Source of the DNA: Octopus sinensis
Taxonomy: Eukaryota
Direction: 5' to 3'
Length of the DNA stretch: 64,000 nucleotides
Assembly (NCBI RefSeq): GCF_006345805.1
Contig: NC_043015.1
Location: 40,610,001-40,674,000 of the forward strand
Each line of letters opens with the position of its first letter. Within the stretch, counting starts at the first letter, position 1. Made by a program: the position numbers and the translations under genes. Below the pieces are notes generated by a model that saw only the letters and a program-made list of their open reading frames with translations, did no database searches and was not told where the DNA came from. Positions 25,051-36,550 of this stretch are shown in pieces.

Positions 25051-25482
25051 TATATATATACATACACACACACATTATATGTATATTTACATACGTATAT
25101 GTGTGCTTACTGCAAATATGTATGCTGCGTGTGTCTTTGTATGTATATTTTTATTTTGTGAGAAACACTTTCAATGTTTGAAGCTGATGAATTTGTTCCA
25201 CTTTCTTTCCAAACCATTTGACACAAAGCTGGAATAGTTCTGTTCATTTTTGTATTTCTCTGATAATGTCTTAACGAAACAGTTTGAAGTTTTTCTAAAT
25301 TAACCAACAGTGTTTCGATTTCCTTACTGCAACATCATCTCTGTTTAAGTTGTTTGTCTTTTGTATTTGAAAGTTCATTCAGCTTCGTTAATGCTTTAAT
25401 ATTCATAAATTATGATGACTTGCCATACGTCACAACCTTCATAAGAGATGTCTTCATCACTATTATAGCCTAAACATTTCTT

Positions 25483-25742
25483 ATTTCTTTTCTACCCACA
25501 GGGGGCTAAACACAGAGGGGACAAACAAGGACAGATAAATGGATTAAGTCAATAAGATCGACTCCAGTGCGTAAATGGTACTTATTTAATCGACCCCGAA
25601 AGGATGAAAGGCATAGTCGACCTCGGCGGAATTTGAACTCAGAACGTAACGGCAGACGAAATACGGCTACGCATTTCGCTCGGCGTGCTAACGTTTCTGC
25701 CAGCTCAGCACCTTAATAACGTTTCTGCCAGCTCGCTGCCTG
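25483..25742 (-). mobile_element. Family B SINE with a duplicated head segment
   Basis: Full copy; aacgtttctgccagctc occurs twice at the head. Confidence 0.88.
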
Positions 25743-26044
25743 AACAATTCTTTTAAGGTAAGTTGCAGCCATACTATACAACAATGACGCTTAAGTTTGA
25801 TTCCACTTAGACCAATAAAAATCTTTCTTTCTAGATTTTCAACCAAGGTCTCCACTTACTCACTGGGATAGTCCTGCTTATCTTTTGAAACTGGAAGTCC
25901 CTTCTGTATCTTCATTGTCTCACAAGGTTTTATTGTTCCTAAATGCAGATAATTTGCCCAGCATCACAACAGTCAAAACAAATTCCTGTGCTACTTCAGT
26001 GTATAGTCTAACACAGTATCCGTAGTCGACACTGTGAAATGATC

Positions 26045-26160
26045 TGATCTGGGTTAGGGGTTAGGAAATGATTTGATCTGGGTTAGGGGTTAGGAAGTGA
26101 CCTGATCTGGGTTAGGGGTTAGGAAATGACCTGATCTGGGTTAGGGTTAAGGTTAGGAAC
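26045..26160 (+). repeat. 29-bp minisatellite, 4 units, containing TTAGGG-like motifs
   Basis: tgatctgggttaggggttaggaartgayy repeated at an exact 29-bp period. Confidence 0.9.
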
Positions 26161-26502
26161 ACTTTGAAATTACAGATTAAAACTTCAGAAGGCCAAGGTG
26201 TGCCAGTGCTTCCTTGTGTCTCTACACAAGAAATGATGTTCTTCATGAACTTCTGCAATGAATCATACCTGTCTGGTATTCTGGGAGTGAGAAATATAAT
26301 TTCCTTATTTTCCTGTTATTTTGGCATTTTTATTTACTTCCTCATATTTTTATTATCAACCTTCATTGGGCAACTTCTTCAACAACAACTCCATTGTTAT
26401 CGACAGTTCAGACACTATAGTGTATATATACATATATATATATATACACATATATATGATATATATACACACACACACACACATATGTATATATATATAC
26501 AG

Positions 26503-26541
<39 letters not shown>

Positions 26542-27176
26542 GACAGATAGATAGATGAACTTACTTGGAAATGGATATGTGTGTACATACATATAAATAC
26601 ATATGCACATACATCCATAATGTATGTGAACATATAAATACATAGATATGGATATGTGTACACACAAATATGTATACACACACATATATACATGAAATTT
26701 TACAAAGAAAACAAAAATGATGATGATGATGGTAGGGGGTGGGGGAGATAGAGGTAATAAATTTTACTGCTACAACAACAACAACAACAACAGCAGCGAT
26801 ATTATCCAACTATTATGCAACATAATCTCCATACTCTGCGACTGAAAGAAATTTCCAATGGAAACAACACAAACACCTCTACCCCCACCCCCGCCCTCAT
26901 CATATTGCATCGACATAAAAAAAACTTATTTCCAAGAAGAAGAAGAAGAAAGAAAAAAAAACGGTAAACAGGAATGGATAAAAAGAGATGCCATGTTTTG
27001 AACGAAGATGTTTGTCGGACGTTATTGTTTCGAGAAAGCTATATCTCTCCTATGATTGATGAATGACGGGTAGCATCACTCACACACACACACGACGAGG
27101 AAGGAAGTCTGCTATCTCTCTCCGACCAAAGGAACTTCCTGTTTTCCACTGATTAGCCCCCCCCCCTCTCTCTCTA

Positions 27177-27212
<36 letters not shown>

Positions 27213-27862
27213 CTGTTATTTCAAATCTCATTATCTAGTCTCATTCTCTTACAAATTTTTATTTAGCAATTAACAAATTAAAATAAAATATAATGAAACA
27301 AAACTAAAAAGGGAATTCTTTGCGATTTGGAGGCGGGGTGGTTTGTATCTCCAAGCTGTCATAGTTGTGAGGGTGATGCTGGTAGTGGAGGTTTGTTTAT
27401 GCCTCTATATATATATATATACCTGTATCTATCTCTCTATATATATGTATTGACATCCATGCAAGCATAATTTTATATACATATATATATATGCTCAGAA
27501 ACACATGCATATACGCAAACGTATTTTATGTGTGTAGTGTGTGTGTATATATATATATAACACATACACACATTTATATATATGTGTGTGTGTGTGTATG
27601 TGTAAATAGAAGCAGTAGTAGTAGTAACAGTAACAACAACAGCAATAATCTTTCCTACTCTAGGCACAAAGCCTGAAAATTTTGGGGGGAGGGGCCAGTT
27701 GATTAGATTGTCTCCAGTACATAACTGGTACTTAATTTATCAACCCCGAAAACACCTCGGCAGACAACAACAACATTGCTATATGCATGTGTTTCTCAGC
27801 ATATATATACATATATAAAATTATGCTTGCATGGATGTAAATACATATATGGAGTTAAATAC

Positions 27863-27903
<41 letters not shown>

Positions 27904-28037
27904 TGGCCTGCTCGCTTAGCCAGTGGGGTGGCGTCATTTGAAGGCTAAACAATGCAAAGCGCATTGTAACCAGCGATGTGTAGCAACATCTGATAGCCTG
28001 GTCGGTCACGGTGAATATATATATATATATATATATA

Positions 28038-28490
28038 ATCATCATCATCATTTAATGTCCACTTTTCATGCAGGCATGGGCTGAACAGTTTCACTGAGGT
28101 CTGGCGAGCCAGAAGGCTGCACCAGGCTCTAATCTGATCTGGCAGAGTTTCTACGGCTGGATGCCCTTCCTAACACCAACCACTCTGAGAGTGTAGTGGG
28201 TGCTTTTCACGTGCCACCGGCACAAGGGTGTCAGGTGGTACTGGCGACAGCCTTGCTCAAAAGCTGTTATTTATGTGCCACCTGCACAGGAGCCAGTCCA
28301 GCGGCACTGGTAATGACCTCGCTCGAATGTTGCTTTTCATGTGCCAGTAAGGCGACGCAGGTAACGACCACGCTTGAATGGTGCTTTTTATGAGCCAGTC
28401 AAAGTATCTAGCAACAATCATGCTTGCATAATGCTTTAACGTTCCACTGGCACGGGTGCCAGTCAGGCGGTGCTATCATTGGCACGTCAG
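28038..28490 (-). mobile_element. Family A repeat, diverged
   Basis: Same body with diverged internal units. Confidence 0.75.
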
Positions 28491-28551
<61 letters not shown>

Positions 28552-29191
28552 TATATATATCTGCACACACAACACATATATAAACATAACATACCCCTCC
28601 ATTCCGACGAAGCAGCTGTCTAGCTACATGTAAACCTATATTCAAAATAAGTCAGCTGGTTTCTAAAGGAGTATTTTAAGAAGAAAAATTTACTTAAACT
28701 CCACAAATAGATTTGTTTAGAGTATTTTTCATTGGCATTGATAATATTTGTATTCATCTCAGATATATTTATACTTGTGTGTATATTTATAATGTGCACA
28801 CATATATACACATATACATACATATACATGAATATATATATATTTAGTGTAAACAGAGTTAGCAGATATAGTAATTGACTAAGGGATAAAATATATATAT
28901 ATATATATTTCATACATGCAAATATTTGTATGTAGACATGTGAACTAGCTTTAGATAGTATATACAATTATTTGGACTTAAATTTCCCCCTGTGTATTGT
29001 GCTGATGAAGGAAAAAAGGCTTATTTTTTTGCTTTAATCCAGAAATTGGAACTGATTCACAATTAACATGAAGTCTTTTTAATTTTCTCTCACACGCCCA
29101 CTTTTAGCCATGTGTATATTTTTAGCTGAAGTTTTAGCACTTCAAAGATGCTGGAGACAGACTGTTTTCACCCTAGCTCCCTTGATATAAT

Positions 29192-29237
<46 letters not shown>

Positions 29238-29336
29238 TAATAATAAAATGACAAAAGAATGAATGAGACCTTGATATTATGTAAAATAGAGGAATTTATC
29301 TATAAATATAATATGTGACAATTAGTTGGTTGTCAT

Positions 29337-29397
29337 AATAAAACTCAGAGTTTCGGATGCCAGGGCTGAAGTCTGCTCTGGCATCTCATCAGTTATT
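29337..29397 (-). ncRNA. Type I hammerhead ribozyme-like motif (best-paired copy)
   Basis: AAUAA-CUGAUGA-GAUGCCAG..CUGGCAUC-C-GAA-ACUC U GAGU-U-UUAUU: perfect 5-bp stem I, 8-bp stem II, complete core, palindromic stem III, GUU triplet. Confidence 0.7.
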
Positions 29398-29408
29398 AAC
29401 ACGAACCA

Positions 29409-29469
29409 AATAACTGATGAGATGCTGGAGCAGACTTCAGCCCTGGCATCCGAAACTCTGAGTTTCATT
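29409..29469 (+). ncRNA. Type I hammerhead ribozyme-like motif (mirror copy)
   Basis: Same layout; CTGATGA 29414-29420, GAAA 29452-29455. Stem II keeps pairing through two G-U wobbles; stem I has one A-C mismatch. Confidence 0.62.
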
Positions 29470-29502
29470 ATGACAACCAACTACTTGTCAAATATTTTAT
29501 AT

Positions 29503-29551
<49 letters not shown>

Positions 29552-29597
29552 ATATATATATACATATATGTACATACCTACATATATGTATATATAC

Positions 29598-29762
29598 ATG
29601 CATATATAGGTACAGGACATAAAAAAAAACGTTGAACACAATGAGAAATGAAAACATAAAAACAAAACATAGAAACGAACTTTTTTTGGAACAACAAAAA
29701 AAACATGCAACAAAAAAATATTCCCCTTCTTCAGTTGTCCCTGTTTCATCTACTGCTTCATG
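29598..29762 (-). repeat. Unclassified interspersed repeat (second copy at 44475-44665, +)
   Basis: Shared gtagatgaaac..actgaagaagggg..tttctcattgtgttc..gtcctgtac. Confidence 0.7.
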
Positions 29763-29789
29763 TATATATATATATATATATATATATAT

Positions 29790-29985
29790 GACGTATGTGT
29801 TCCCCAGCTGGATGGGACGCCAGTCCATCGCAGCGTTACTCATTTTTCCCAGCTGAGTGGACTGGAGCAACGTGAAATGAAGTGTCTTACTCAAGAACAC
29901 AATGCATCGCCGGTCCAGGAATTGAAACCACAATCTTACAATCATGATGCTGATACCCTAACCACTAAGCCACGCACCTCCACTA
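29790..29985 (-). mobile_element. Family D tRNA-derived SINE (V-domain-like motif ctgcgatggactggcgtccc)
   Basis: A box TGGCTTAGTGG, B box GGTTTCAATTCC, tgtgttcttgagtaagacac core; related head at 47831-47940. Confidence 0.75.
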
Positions 29986-29988
29986 CAT

Positions 29989-30025
<37 letters not shown>

Positions 30026-30321
30026 AAAAAGGAGATGTGGAACAAGAGTTGTGATATATAAAAAAAGGAAATGAAGAAAATGCTGACAAAATAATTTAAG
30101 TAAGGGAGAGTGTATTTAATTAGGTGAAAGTTCTTTTTACCGGTTGCGCATTTGTTATGCTTATCAAAAGATATTTTTTTTAGAGAGATAGAGTTCCTTT
30201 CTGATAGATTTTTTTCTTATATATATATATATATACACGTATATATTAAATGTGTGTGTGTGTGTGTGTTAAATGGGTAGTTGAAAGTGAACATAGAAGA
30301 TGAGTGAAGACGAGTATTTAC

Positions 30322-31609
30322 CTGAAATATGCTGGACTTGATCTCCTACTCGGACTGCAAAGATCTCCCCAGGCTGGATATGTACGAGAACAACGTGTTG
30401 TGCTCCTGGTGTGTTAGTACTGTTGTAGCCACTGTTGTTGCTGTTATTGTTGGTCAAGGGTGGGCTACCGGTGCTACAAGATGAAAAAGTGGTGGTGGTC
30501 GTGCTTGTAGCCGTGCTTGTTGCGCCAGACGCCATGCTCTGATGCTCGCATGGTTTCCCACTGATGCGTGGTGCCGCATCAGGGGATGCAGTTTGGTTGG
30601 GTGCAGCGCCATCTTTGCTATTGAGAGTACTGCTGCCATCTGGGCTGTTACCATCGTTGCTGCTGCCACTGCTGATGTTGTTGTTGTTGTTGTTGTTGTC
30701 TGGGGAACTAGATTCGGCTGGTGGTGGTTGTTGTTGCTGTTTTTGTTGGCGTGGCAGTGGTGCTTGTTGGGGCGGTGACGGGGAAGATTCGTGGTCACCA
30801 TGGGAAGAATGTACAGGTGGCGCCACCTCTGCTGCTGCTGCAGTGCCACCTGTTGTTGCAGAATCATCTGAAGTCACTTGGTTGTTGAGAATCACCGAAT
30901 TTCCAGATGAGGAATCTGTAGGAGTCGCAGAGGCAGCAACGGAACTTTCTGAAGAATCATGGATTGTCATTTTGGCAGGCAGCTTCGTAGTCACAGATTC
31001 GGCACCGATTTTCGTGTCGACCACCACCTCGTTATTCTTGTTGTTGTTGCTGCTGCTGCCGTTTTTGCTGTTGTCGGCTGATTCAATAACTCGAGCATTT
31101 GCCAGAATTTGGTTTCCAGGGTTATCGCCGCCTCCTCCGCCAATGGAGACGACAGACGATGAAGTGAGGTCCACCGAGGGACACGTCAAGTTTTCAGCTG
31201 AAGCGTCGGCCGATGAAGGTGTGACGTACGTCACCTGTGTCTCAGGATCTATAACAACAGACGTGGCGCCGGCCATCACACCGGTGCTCGAGCTGCTGTC
31301 AAGCGAATTCTCAGATTTCAAAGGGTTCGGTGGCACCGGCACCACTTTCTCTAGTCGTTCTTCATCAGTTTGAACTGCTTCGCCTTCCTCCCCTTCTTCC
31401 TCTTCTCCTTCTTCTTCGACTTCCATTTCCTCCTCATTATCACAACTGGCAACCGTAGCAACCGTAGTTACGCTAGATGTCTTAGAGATATTATTGGCAA
31501 TTTGCTGACCATTTTCCTTCAGTGGAACAGGCTGTTGTTGTTGTTGGAGTTGTTGTTGTGGTTGCTGAGAGAGATCCTCAGAGTTTTTCGTCTCCTGAGA
31601 TTCTGACAT
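30322..31609 (-). CDS. FNDC3: First coding exon of an FNDC3-family gene (fibronectin type III domain-containing protein 3A/B-like); 429 codons plus a phase-1 G
   Basis: Long non-repetitive ORF with ATG at 31609 (aaaATGt) and an in-frame TGA upstream. Donor CAG|GTAAAT at 30322/30321. The exon ends with QHVVLVHIQPGEIFAVRVGDQVQHISG, matching my recollection of the FNDC3 motif QQVILVQVNPGETFTIR...QCIQG. The last 16 aa of the listed ORF (KYSSSL...) are intron read-through. Confidence 0.8.
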
Positions 31610-31668
31610 TTTTACAGCTGACTCAGGAAGGGTTTGGCTGGGACATTAACCATATCACTGCAAAGATC
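31610..31668 (-). other. 5'UTR part of the same exon
   Basis: Pyrimidine tract and acceptor tcttctttctttgtcatttcAG|GATC (AG at 31670-31669); in-frame TGA shortly after the acceptor shows this part is non-coding. Confidence 0.75.
31612..31653 (-). other. Upstream ORF MVNVPAKPFLSQL* in the FNDC3 5'UTR
   Basis: gatATGg...TAA ends 2 nt before the main ATG. A second out-of-frame uORF MSQPNPS* lies at 31646-31623. Confidence 0.6.
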
Positions 31669-32154
31669 CTGAAATGACAAAGAAAGAAGAAATAGGGGAC
31701 AGCTTTTAGTATCAGGTGACAGAAGGTGAGCGGTTGAATGTTAGAAAAACACATAGGCACCCAGGTGGCTAGAGCAGATGGAACAAGACAGGTGTGTGAG
31801 CAAAGAATGACACTGATGTGAAGGAATATATTGGGACCCTTTAGTAAAGGTAACCTTTAGATTTTACAACTACCTGACATTCCTCAAAGTGAAGTACCCA
31901 CAATATAGTAACCACACTATCTTACATTCACCACGCAGTTATTGATTAATTAACAGTTATTAATTTATAGCCTGAATTTTCTATCTATATTCATCACTAC
32001 ACAACATGCGAGTTTATATACACCCTCCACTGATGTTTATAAAACACACACACACACACATCTGTTATGGCAACACTGTAAAATAGGATGTCAATTAATA
32101 TACAACAGCCACTAATGTGTGAGTGTGTGTGTGTGTGTGTATATATATACATAC

Positions 32155-32185
<31 letters not shown>

Positions 32186-32188
<3 letters not shown>

Positions 32189-32380
32189 GACGCCATGATA
32201 GATCGTTAGCTCCTACATGCATTTTTTTCTCTCCTTGTTTTTTCTGTGTCCCTTTCTGTAGAAGAGCGTAGGCTCGAAACGTAAAAGACTTTTTCTATTC
32301 CTGAGCGCCATACTAATACATTTGTTTGTTTTGTACACCACCTGTCTTCGTCTTTTGTTTTTTTTCGTAAACTCTCCCTA
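32186..32380 (+). mobile_element. Short interspersed repeat, family E, copy 2, with a hammerhead-like motif at 32248-32289
   Basis: Near-identical to 24855-25050; CTGTAGA-A-GAGC gtag GCTC-GAA-ACGT-A-AAAGAC. Confidence 0.7.
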
Positions 32381-33633
32381 TATATATATATATATATATA
32401 TATACTCACACACATGCACACTCACACACACACACACAACTGCAGCAATACTATTCATGACTCCAAAAGTAATATATCATGAAAATTGAGGGGTGCGTGT
32501 GTGTGTGTGTGTATGTGTAACACACTTAATATATTAAATTTCTGAAATTCATTTATACTTTTCTTTTTTTTTTTGCTATTCCAATGGACATTCAACTCTA
32601 CACCGGTCATAGAGCTTTCCAGAAATTCCCAGATATTTTAAGTGATTCAAAAGCAAGATTCCACACAAGTCTGAATTTGTGAAAGAGGAGAGAGAGAGAG
32701 TGCGGACACGAGAGACATTCTGGTACTGCCAGCTTTTAACCCTTTCATGTTCGGGTTATTCTATCGAATGCAATGTTTATTAATTCACATTGGTTTGAAT
32801 TATTCAATGCCTTATCTTGTAAAAGTGGTTGGCATTAAAGGAAGGGCATCCAGCTGTAGAAACCATGCCAAAACAGGCTAGTTCCAATTCTGGTCGGCGA
32901 CAGAAATGAAACAATGACACCCCACAATGGACCACCACTGCTTAATCGTAAAAGTCAAAAACAATGTGGTTGAGGTTTAGTTGTAGACAACATGTAACTG
33001 TACTTAGAGACTTAAGGGTTTAGATTTAGGGCAAGGGAAAAAAAGGGGTTTTGATAAAGGACCTGAGTTTATCTAATGTTAAAATATTTAAAAAGCTGCA
33101 ACATATCATAATTATTCCTTACTTAAAAGTAGAAATAGTGTTGTTGTTGTTGTTGTTGAATATGAGGTCAACTCTTATGCAGTCCAGCAGAACAATGATC
33201 AAACGCGTTCCAGCTGTGACCATCCTGTTTATTATTCTGACATAGTCTACCTAGGACTACATCATGTAACATGCCCTTCTTTGTTGTCACTCAGTTCCAT
33301 GTCAGCTCTGATCCAACAGACTCATGATCAAAAGCGATCCAGCTGTGACCATCCTGTCGTATATTTAGGCCTAGTGTACTGTGTCCCTCTTTGATGTTGT
33401 CTGTGAAGTCACATGACTTAGAGTTCATTTTCTTTGCTTGTGAACATTCACTTTGCTTCTATAGGTTCATAGACACACACACACACACACATATATGTAC
33501 ACAACACACACCTACACATAGATATTAGGTATCACACACATACACACACTACCTTTAGCCAAAAAAATATACCCAATGCTTTTTCTCTACATAAAAAAAT
33601 ATAAACTCCAGTATCTACAGACAAGTTGAGACC

Positions 33634-33676
33634 ACTGAGCTAATGAGGCTGAAATAAGCTGAAACATGTCTACAGT
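33634..33676 (+). ncRNA. Degenerate minimal hammerhead-like motif
   Basis: ACUGAG-CUAAUGA-GGCU gaaaua AGCU-GAA-ACAUGU-C-UACAGU: palindromic stem III, GUC triplet, stem I 5/6 paired; core G5 replaced by A. Confidence 0.55.
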
Positions 33677-34049
33677 AATCCTTTGACATCAACAAAAATC
33701 AGACCATTGTATGAATTAACTATTGAAATTATCTCCCCTTTCTCATTGAGATTCGCCAAGAATTGCCACTAGGTTTTATGTCTTCCATCTCAGACTGAGA
33801 GAGAAATGTTCAATAATTTAAAGAATTCTTTATGAACAGATGTCATTCCACACCAAATCAACCTTTTGCCTTCAGTCTACTCATTCAGGACACCTGACCT
33901 CCTTCACTTTTCCTTCTTAGCTCTTTATATTTAAAATCAAACGCAACACACCTGTATACATACACACACACACCTGTTTCCCTTACACATATACACACTT
34001 CTCTCTGGTAATCCCATCTGTCTTTATTTCACAACCTTGTCTGTTTTAC

Positions 34050-34440
34050 ATATAAACACACACACAAGCATGTACACACATACACACAAGCATGTACACA
34101 CATGCAGACAAGTGCACACACACAGACATACATGCAGACAAGTGCACACACAGACACACATGCAGACAAGTGCACACACAGACACACATGCAGACAAGTG
34201 CACACACACACAGACACATATTCAGAGATACATGCATGCACACACACACACACCACACACACAAGCATGTACACACATGCAGACAAGTGCACACATATAT
34301 TCAGAGACACACACTTACATATATGCAGACAGGCATACACATACACACATAAAACACACACAGTCAGACACACATACACATACAAGCAGGCACACATATG
34401 CACACAGACAAATTCACAGACATACACATAAATTCACACA
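34050..34440 (+). repeat. CA-rich minisatellite (cacacatgcagacaagtgcaca units)
   Basis: Unit repeated several times with variable CA length. Confidence 0.85.
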
Positions 34441-36419
34441 ATCATCCCAGCAACTTCCTCTATACTTTTCCTCCACCCATCCCTCACATTCCTATAGATG
34501 TTGTTGTTGTTATTTAACTGAGTGGGTGGAAGGGTGGGTTTGTGGTTGTTTTGAAAGTTTGTATGCGGGGGAGAACAGGGTGTAGGGAGTCTAGAAGGGG
34601 TGGGGTGGGGGTAATTGAAACCTTTCCAACTCTCACCATCAGCCCAGAACCCCCCACCCGACCCCCCCACTTCCAGGTACATGCAAGCATGCACTTGCAA
34701 AAATAGGGATTAGGTGACCCCTGGGTGTCACCGTCTTTGGACCTGACTGGCTTGCTGCCATTAAGCTCCCCCACCCCACCCCGGCCCCGACATCACCGCC
34801 ATCTTCAGGCACAGTTAACCATTGTTGCAGCAGTGACTATCTCCCCTGCAATCACAGCTACATCTGACACCACCACCACCATCATCATCATCATCACCAC
34901 AACCACCACCACCACCTGTCGCTAAATCAGCCACCCCCACCACCCCACCACTATATGGATAGGCACCCCCACCACGCACACGCACACACACACACATGCA
35001 TAGAGAACTTGTTCAGCTATTGACATTGGATCGTTAACGGTCAGGAAGAATCGCAAGAAGAATTAACCATTCTTTACTGCTTGCTTTCGCTTAAGTCCAA
35101 CCGTTAAAGGCTTCAGCTGACTAACAAAGGCCCCCTCCCCTCGGTTGCGGATTAAACAGACGTCACGGAGAAGGTAACGGGTCAGCTTATTCTGGCCGTC
35201 CACTGGCTGCAGCTGTCATTGCTGTCGGCTGTAGACCAGAAAAGACTGCGTCCGACACCAATCGCACCTTGCCAGAAACAGATGTCGTTACATACGTGTT
35301 AATCAATAAACAGCTCGTTTCGCAGAGATAATGGAGCCTTTTCGGATTAATCCCAGACAGAATTAAGGTCATTATCATAGAAGAGCTGCCGTACGGAATA
35401 ATGTGACAGAATCACAGAGGGTGTTTGTGTTTGGTATACAAGGAATTATTCAGGAGAATAAGAAATTAAATTAATATGGCAATGAGCAGTGAGAATGCTT
35501 GAAGAGTCTAACCTCTCGCAGTTAGAGTTCGGAAAGAATAACAGACTAATCAAAAGAATAATAGAATAACAGAATATTAGAATAATAGAATAACAGAATA
35601 TTAGAATAACAGAATAATAGAATAACAGAATGCATTTTTGCAATTCACCGAAAGCCAATACAACTGTCTCTTGTTGCCATTGGCAAATGGTCGGTAATTA
35701 GTAGAAGGTTACAGAGGTGATTGGAGTGATGATTCACCATAGTGTATTACTGGTATTTGGTGGTGGGGGTGGGGGGTTCATTAATACTGGAGTGATAACG
35801 AAAGGCAAAGTCTAATTCTGGTCAGATTTCTAATTGGAAGACAAGAATGTAGGTGGAATGGCAAACAGAATCCTGCCTGTTTGTTGATTCTGGTTCTATT
35901 TGCAAAGTTTGCTGTTCTCTCACCGTTACCATAGTAATAAATATTAAACTACCAACTCTAACAGAAAACAATAACCTCATCATCATCATTGTTTAACATC
36001 CGCCCTCCATGCTCAGTTTTCAATTGTAGGGTTGTCTTTCTCTCCAGCAGAGAAAACCCACAGGAAAATTGCTCTCTCAACTCATTTTATGATCTTCAAT
36101 CTAGCAACACGAGTAATTCAAGGGAGATTCAGCCCTCGAATCATCCGTGTTTATTTTCTTTGATAGAGAACACAACCCATACACTGACAATGCTTCAATG
36201 CATAATTTCTCTGCTAGACCAAGGCTGGCCCATGGCTAAAAGAAAAGGATGCATTTGATAGAAAAGACAGGATGGTCACAGCTGAAACACTTTTGATTAC
36301 AGCTATGTCTGGTCAATCAGTAGTGACCTGGGATTAAATAATAGCAATAACAACATTCCTGTGAACAGGTAAAAACCAGGTACTCTGCATATATCTTTTA
36401 TCTTTTACATGATGATGAT

Positions 36420-36550
36420 ATATGTATATGATGGGCTTCTTTCAGTTTCCATCCACCAAATCAACTAACAAGGCTTTGGTCGGCCCGCAATTATGGTAGA
36501 AAATGCTTGCCCAAGGTGCCACGCAGTAGGATTGAACCTGGAACCCTGTA
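36420..36550 (-). mobile_element. Family C SINE head
   Basis: gggcttctttcagtttcc...gcccaaggtgccacgcagtagg. Confidence 0.75.

Larger units (their letters stand above)
29316..29490. repeat. 175-bp palindrome (82-bp arms, 4 mismatches, 11-nt loop)
   Basis: Arms 29316-29397 and 29409-29490 compared base by base; loop AACACGAACCA. Confidence 0.95.

Noticed and set aside
25107-25480. Protein-like but interrupted minus-strand frames
   Set aside because: No family motif that I can recognise; possibly an old TE, but not assignable without a search.
30564-31373. 269-aa plus-strand ORF (and others overlapping 30454-31606)
   Set aside because: Antisense or alternate-frame shadows of the FNDC3 exon; no splice signals or recognisable motifs.
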